Of a stretch of 64,000 nt of DNA, positions 60,564 through 64,000 are shown one piece after another. Below the pieces are notes generated by a model. That model was not told where the DNA came from. It saw only the letters and a program-made list of their open reading frames with translations, and searched no databases. Position 1 is the stretch's first letter. Each line of letters opens with the position of its first letter. Source of the stretch: Cyanophora paradoxa CCMP329 (taxonomy: Eukaryota > Plantae > Glaucophyta); contig QPMI01000416.1 in the NCBI GenBank assembly GCA_004431415.1, forward strand, positions 1 through 64,000, written 5' to 3'. Position numbers and translations under genes: made by a program.

Positions 60564-60792
60564 CGACCCTAATATTGCACAACGTATTAAATATTGGAGA
60601 AAAGAAAAAGGAATGAGGGTGTTACTTGCTCGCCTGTTCCCATACGAATTAGTCGACCTTATAATGGTGTTTGTGGAGCCGACCTGTCCCTTTTGCAAGG
60701 GAATTCATATTAAGACCCGCTCTAAATACGGGCGGATTCATTTATGTTTGAACGACTTGCACATTAGAAGCGACGACGCCCACCGAACATAG
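60553..60792 (+). CDS. Hypothetical small protein with CxxC..H..C
   Basis: MKFIDPNIAQRIKYWRKEKGMRVLLARLFPYELVDLIMVFVEPTCPFCKGIH...; fills the intergenic space. Confidence 0.45.
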   Translation: MKFIDPNIAQRIKYWRKEKGMRVLLARLFPYELVDLIMVFVEPTCPFCKGIHIKTRSKYGRIHLCLNDLHIRSDDAHRT

Positions 60793-61435
60793 ATGACAGA
60801 TTGGCACCCGGCTGTGCATGCACACCCGATGGGTTAACGAAACCGCCCGGCTTTGGTGCATTTTCAGCTATGACTGTCTCTTTTCTTTCGACTGTCTGAA
60901 CATCGGGAACAGTCGCCCGCTCCTTTTCCATTTCCACGCGAACAGCCTGTTTAATCAGCTTGCGCTGTTTGTATTCCTTAGTGAAATCATCAAAGGCTCG
61001 CACAGTAGTGTCGTATGTAGCTAAACGCGCTTCCAGTGCCCTAAACTTCTCCTCTAATTCCTGACCGACTTTCTCGCCCTTGGTCACATAGACAGATGCC
61101 CGCTTTTTAGGGGCTTCCATCGATGCAGGTAAAGCGGCTGTTGCTTCGGCTTTTACCACCTTATTATCGGTTAGCTTTTCGCCTGTGAGCTGTGATTCGG
61201 CGAGGGATTGATCCGCCAGCTTTCTATCAGTGGAATCGACCGGCTCCCGCTTAGCATCCGCCTTTTGAGCACGCTCTGAAACCTTTGTATTCGGGTCAAT
61301 CAGATCGAAATCTATTTGGTCAGAAGCGGCAGCACCGCCAGTGCGACCAGCATCCTCCGCAGGATTAATCTTGCCAGCGACAACAGCGCTTTGATCTTCC
61401 ATTTGGATCGCTTTCCGCGAGTTCTTGGGTGGCAT
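60764..61435 (-). CDS. Hypothetical charged coiled-coil viral protein
   Basis: 223 aa; ELEEKFRALEARLATYD heptads; TTTCTC upstream motif. Confidence 0.75.
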   Translation of the reverse strand: MPPKNSRKAIQMEDQSAVVAGKINPAEDAGRTGGAAASDQIDFDLIDPNTKVSERAQKADAKREPVDSTDRKLADQSLAESQLTGEKLTDNKVVKAEATAALPASMEAPKKRASVYVTKGEKVGQELEEKFRALEARLATYDTTVRAFDDFTKEYKQRKLIKQAVRVEMEKERATVPDVQTVERKETVIAENAPKPGGFVNPSGVHAQPGANLSSMFGGRRRF

Positions 61436-61458
61436 TTATCATTATGCGAGAAATTTAT

Positions 61459-62370
61459 TCAAAATTTACCCAATTTCTTTGCAAATTTTGGGCGGCGCTT
61501 TTCTTGGTATGCCAGCAATAGATTGGGGTCTTTAAGTAGGTCGGCTTCGATTATCCTTTTGGTGGATCGCTTTAAGGTTGCGACGTTTCCACTCACAGGT
61601 TTCGTAACATCGGTGGTTTGGGGTTGGTCACCATTTACCGCGCCCGACGTCGGTTTTACCGGCTGTTTACCAGCGGTCTTTATGTCGTCCGCCGCTTTTT
61701 TAAAGAAGCGCTTGAATTTATATTCGTCGGGCACCGGATCAGCCTTGCCAACAGAGAATTCCAGGCTATATTTCGCATTGTTTACCACGATCACCTGATA
61801 GCTGTGACTGTATTCGTTCATCACCTTCTCGAACCACCGCTTTTCGTATGGATTAAACTCGTCCTCAGCGCTCTCCATCTCTTTTCTATTGGGCAATGAG
61901 AACAGGAATATATATTCGGCGTTTACTCTGAGTGTCGGCGAGATCTTCGTGAGTTTCTGTGACAAAATCCAGACGCTCACAAACAGATGGCGTCCAGCCG
62001 TGAAAAGACGATTTAATATAGGCTCACCCTTTCCTGACATCGATAGACTCGGATTATCAATAAAATCGTCCAGCACAATTAACAGGTTACCGACTTTCTC
62101 ATTTTTCTTGATCCTCTCCTTGCGTTTCTCTATTATATTGTCGATCAGCTTATGGTCGAAATCCTCATACAGATACGATGTGACATTGTCGTATTGATGA
62201 TTCCAGATCGTGGAGGCGAAAATCATCACCGAATCTATCTTGTCCTCGTTGTGGTAAAGCAGGTATTTCAAAAACACTGACTTCCCAGTTGCAGTTTTGC
62301 CCACAAAAACGGCGCGATTCGGAAATTCCAGGCTTCCCGGGTCAAACTCACTCAGATCTTGTATATCCAT
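61459..62370 (-). CDS. A32-like (FtsK-HerA) genome packaging ATPase
   Basis: Walker A GKTATGKS, Walker B LIVLDD, AGRH, SQK..SPTLRVN. Start placed at MDIQDL (62370) from the upstream motif. Confidence 0.93.
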   Translation of the reverse strand: MDIQDLSEFDPGSLEFPNRAVFVGKTATGKSVFLKYLLYHNEDKIDSVMIFASTIWNHQYDNVTSYLYEDFDHKLIDNIIEKRKERIKKNEKVGNLLIVLDDFIDNPSLSMSGKGEPILNRLFTAGRHLFVSVWILSQKLTKISPTLRVNAEYIFLFSLPNRKEMESAEDEFNPYEKRWFEKVMNEYSHSYQVIVVNNAKYSLEFSVGKADPVPDEYKFKRFFKKAADDIKTAGKQPVKPTSGAVNGDQPQTTDVTKPVSGNVATLKRSTKRIIEADLLKDPNLLLAYQEKRRPKFAKKLGKF

Positions 62371-62421
62371 TTCCCTTATAAGAAACATATAAAAATTACG
62401 AAACGCGACAGCCCTCATTCC

Positions 62422-63870
62422 TCATGCCGATATTCTACTGAGACCGTTGGCATTCATTACAAGGATATTGTGGCAATAAGCCGAGATCTGAACACCGACC
62501 TTTGTCCAGGTGGCGAGGGGTGTGCCATTGGGTGTGAGGATTAGGAAGCTCGACGCTGATTGCGTTAGATCGACGTAGCCAGTCGCCTTCTCACCTTTGA
62601 GCGCCGCTTTACCATCGAGAGCAAAGCAGAAGCCAGTGTAAATGGGGCGCTTGTTGCTATCGATCCAGTTGGTCATCTTGAATTTATCGGCGAGCTCCAT
62701 AGCCGCGGATTGCAGCGGGACACCAGTGTTGGAATATAGGTAATTGTTGTTATTTAGAACTTGCATCACGACATTATCATCGAAGGCAAGGGTGCGGACA
62801 GTAGAGTGCCCTCCTTTATTATCGCCGAGTGTGTTTTCGTCGCGAACCTTGACAACAAGTGCGTAAACAAGTCCCGAAATTTGAGATAGTGACAGGCGGA
62901 GACCAGAGCCGAGAGCAAGACCGGTATAATCCGCAAACTGAATATCAGTGTAGGGGATGGCGATGCCAGAGGTCTTAACACGAGTAATGATTTCGCCCAT
63001 CGTTTCCTCATCGATGTTAACAGCATCCATAATGATACGAGGGGTCGTCATTTCCAGATTCGCAAGTGCAGGTGTAGGTGTGAGAGCCGCACTATCGAAA
63101 ATCGCAGTGGCATTAGGGTGAGCTAAGGTCTTAATATTTCCGAAAGCAGCCGCAACAGCAAGCGTCGTCTCGCCATCAGTAGAATTGGCAGCAGTAATTG
63201 CAGTCGTGTTATTCTGAGCGTAAACGCCAGGAACCGCCGCAGTTTCGAGCAGCGCAGGGGTTTGGAAATATACTTCGACCGCGATTTCGGATGGGAGCGC
63301 ACCGATGGGCACGCCAGCATCGAGGAAGCTCGGAATTCGCATGGTAAAAATGCCGCCAGCTTGGTTGCCGCCCTCTACCTTCGGTCCGAGATGCAGCCCA
63401 TGCTTGCGCTTCTTTTGATCGAATTCAGCCGGAGTGTTAGCCAGGAAAGCGTAATCTACCAGTCGCTCAGCGGGAATAATTTGCTCATACGACCCGTATT
63501 TAATGCTGACTCGCTGAACAAACGAGCCAGGAAGCCCGCGGACGAAACCAGTATTGAATAGATCAGCCGAGCAGTCAGCAGAGGTCTTGGCGATGGCAGT
63601 CAGCGCCTTCGCCGATGGAATGGTAACTTGGAGGCTAATACCATTGCACCAATTGTAGCGAGGGAGATAGAAGACCACACGAGTGGTAGCACCAGTAGAG
63701 GAGAACAGATTGCCGGGATCCGCAATTGGGAGCACCTCCACACGAGAAGGCTTGAATTGTTTGTCCACACCCACGATAAATCCGCGATCCAAAAGCATGC
63801 TCTTGTAATCCTCCGGGGTTTCGAGGACGGATTTGAGCGTGAGGCGGCTAAGCGAGGTCGTGGGATCCAT
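62422..63870 (-). CDS. Probable major capsid protein (double jelly-roll)
   Basis: 482 aa, rich in predicted beta strands (VVFYLP, ISLQVTIP, VQRVSIKYG, MRIPSF..GVPIGAL, IAVEVYF, LVVKVR), adjacent to the packaging ATPase. Fold inferred, not searched. Confidence 0.75.
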   Translation of the reverse strand: MDPTTSLSRLTLKSVLETPEDYKSMLLDRGFIVGVDKQFKPSRVEVLPIADPGNLFSSTGATTRVVFYLPRYNWCNGISLQVTIPSAKALTAIAKTSADCSADLFNTGFVRGLPGSFVQRVSIKYGSYEQIIPAERLVDYAFLANTPAEFDQKKRKHGLHLGPKVEGGNQAGGIFTMRIPSFLDAGVPIGALPSEIAVEVYFQTPALLETAAVPGVYAQNNTTAITAANSTDGETTLAVAAAFGNIKTLAHPNATAIFDSAALTPTPALANLEMTTPRIIMDAVNIDEETMGEIITRVKTSGIAIPYTDIQFADYTGLALGSGLRLSLSQISGLVYALVVKVRDENTLGDNKGGHSTVRTLAFDDNVVMQVLNNNNYLYSNTGVPLQSAAMELADKFKMTNWIDSNKRPIYTGFCFALDGKAALKGEKATGYVDLTQSASSFLILTPNGTPLATWTKVGVQISAYCHNILVMNANGLSRISA

Positions 63871-63923
63871 ATTTCGTTTTTATCTTCCGCTGAGAAATTT
63901 ATTTTAGAAGAACGGATTATTTT

Positions 63924-64000
63924 TTACAGCCACCCGCTCAACGCATTCGTTAAATTGCCGCAATGCGGGTAGTCCTCATAGAGCATTTTCGCGAATCCCT
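63924..64000 (-). CDS. 3' end of the next viral gene (partial)
   Basis: Open frame ...GFAKMLYEDYPHCGNLTNALSGWL-TAA running off the window edge. Confidence 0.4.
   Translation of the reverse strand, partial: GFAKMLYEDYPHCGNLTNALSGWL

Larger units (their letters stand above)
47634..64000 (-). mobile_element. Endogenous Polinton-like virus / Maverick-type dsDNA virus (partial; right end outside the window)
   Basis: Abrupt GC drop at ~47,634. Intronless, tightly packed, mostly minus-strand ORFs for rve integrase, pPolB, primpol-D5 helicase, A32 ATPase and a capsid-like protein. Confidence 0.93.

Noticed and set aside
1-64000. rRNA or tRNA genes
   Set aside because: None recognised by eye; tRNAscan-SE or Infernal would be needed to exclude them.

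Overview
Eukaryotic (protist-like), GC-rich, intron-dense host DNA flanked by two large mobile elements. (1) 1-~11.2 kb, minus strand: a very long, disrupted non-LTR retrotransposon with APE endonuclease, RT, RNase H, two Ulp1/C48-like protease domains and a CCHC finger. Immediately 5' of it lies a ~2.8 kb array of 126-bp units with an 8-unit higher-order period. (2) 16.9-46 kb, host genes: an N-myristoylation-motif TIR-TIR-beta-helix protein, a secreted Ala-rich/Pro-Thr mucin-like protein, a Ser/Thr kinase, a hypothetical protein, a SMYD-type SET protein, dihydroxyacetone kinase, and two tandem 10-Cys secreted peptides that differ only in the mature region. Several host introns use GC donors. 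(3) From ~47,634 past the window end: an AT-richer, intronless endogenous Polinton-like virus (PLV)/Maverick-type element encoding rve integrase, protein-primed PolB with an apparently dead and partly deleted exonuclease, primpol-D5 helicase, A32 packaging ATPase and a probable jelly-roll capsid protein. Its 3.3-kb non-coding end has a terminal fold-back and several families of iteron-palindrome modules (candidate origins). One module recurs just downstream of the primase-helicase gene, and the viral genes share an upstream promoter motif. All domain calls are motif recognition by eye with no database search, and host exon boundaries are approximate.
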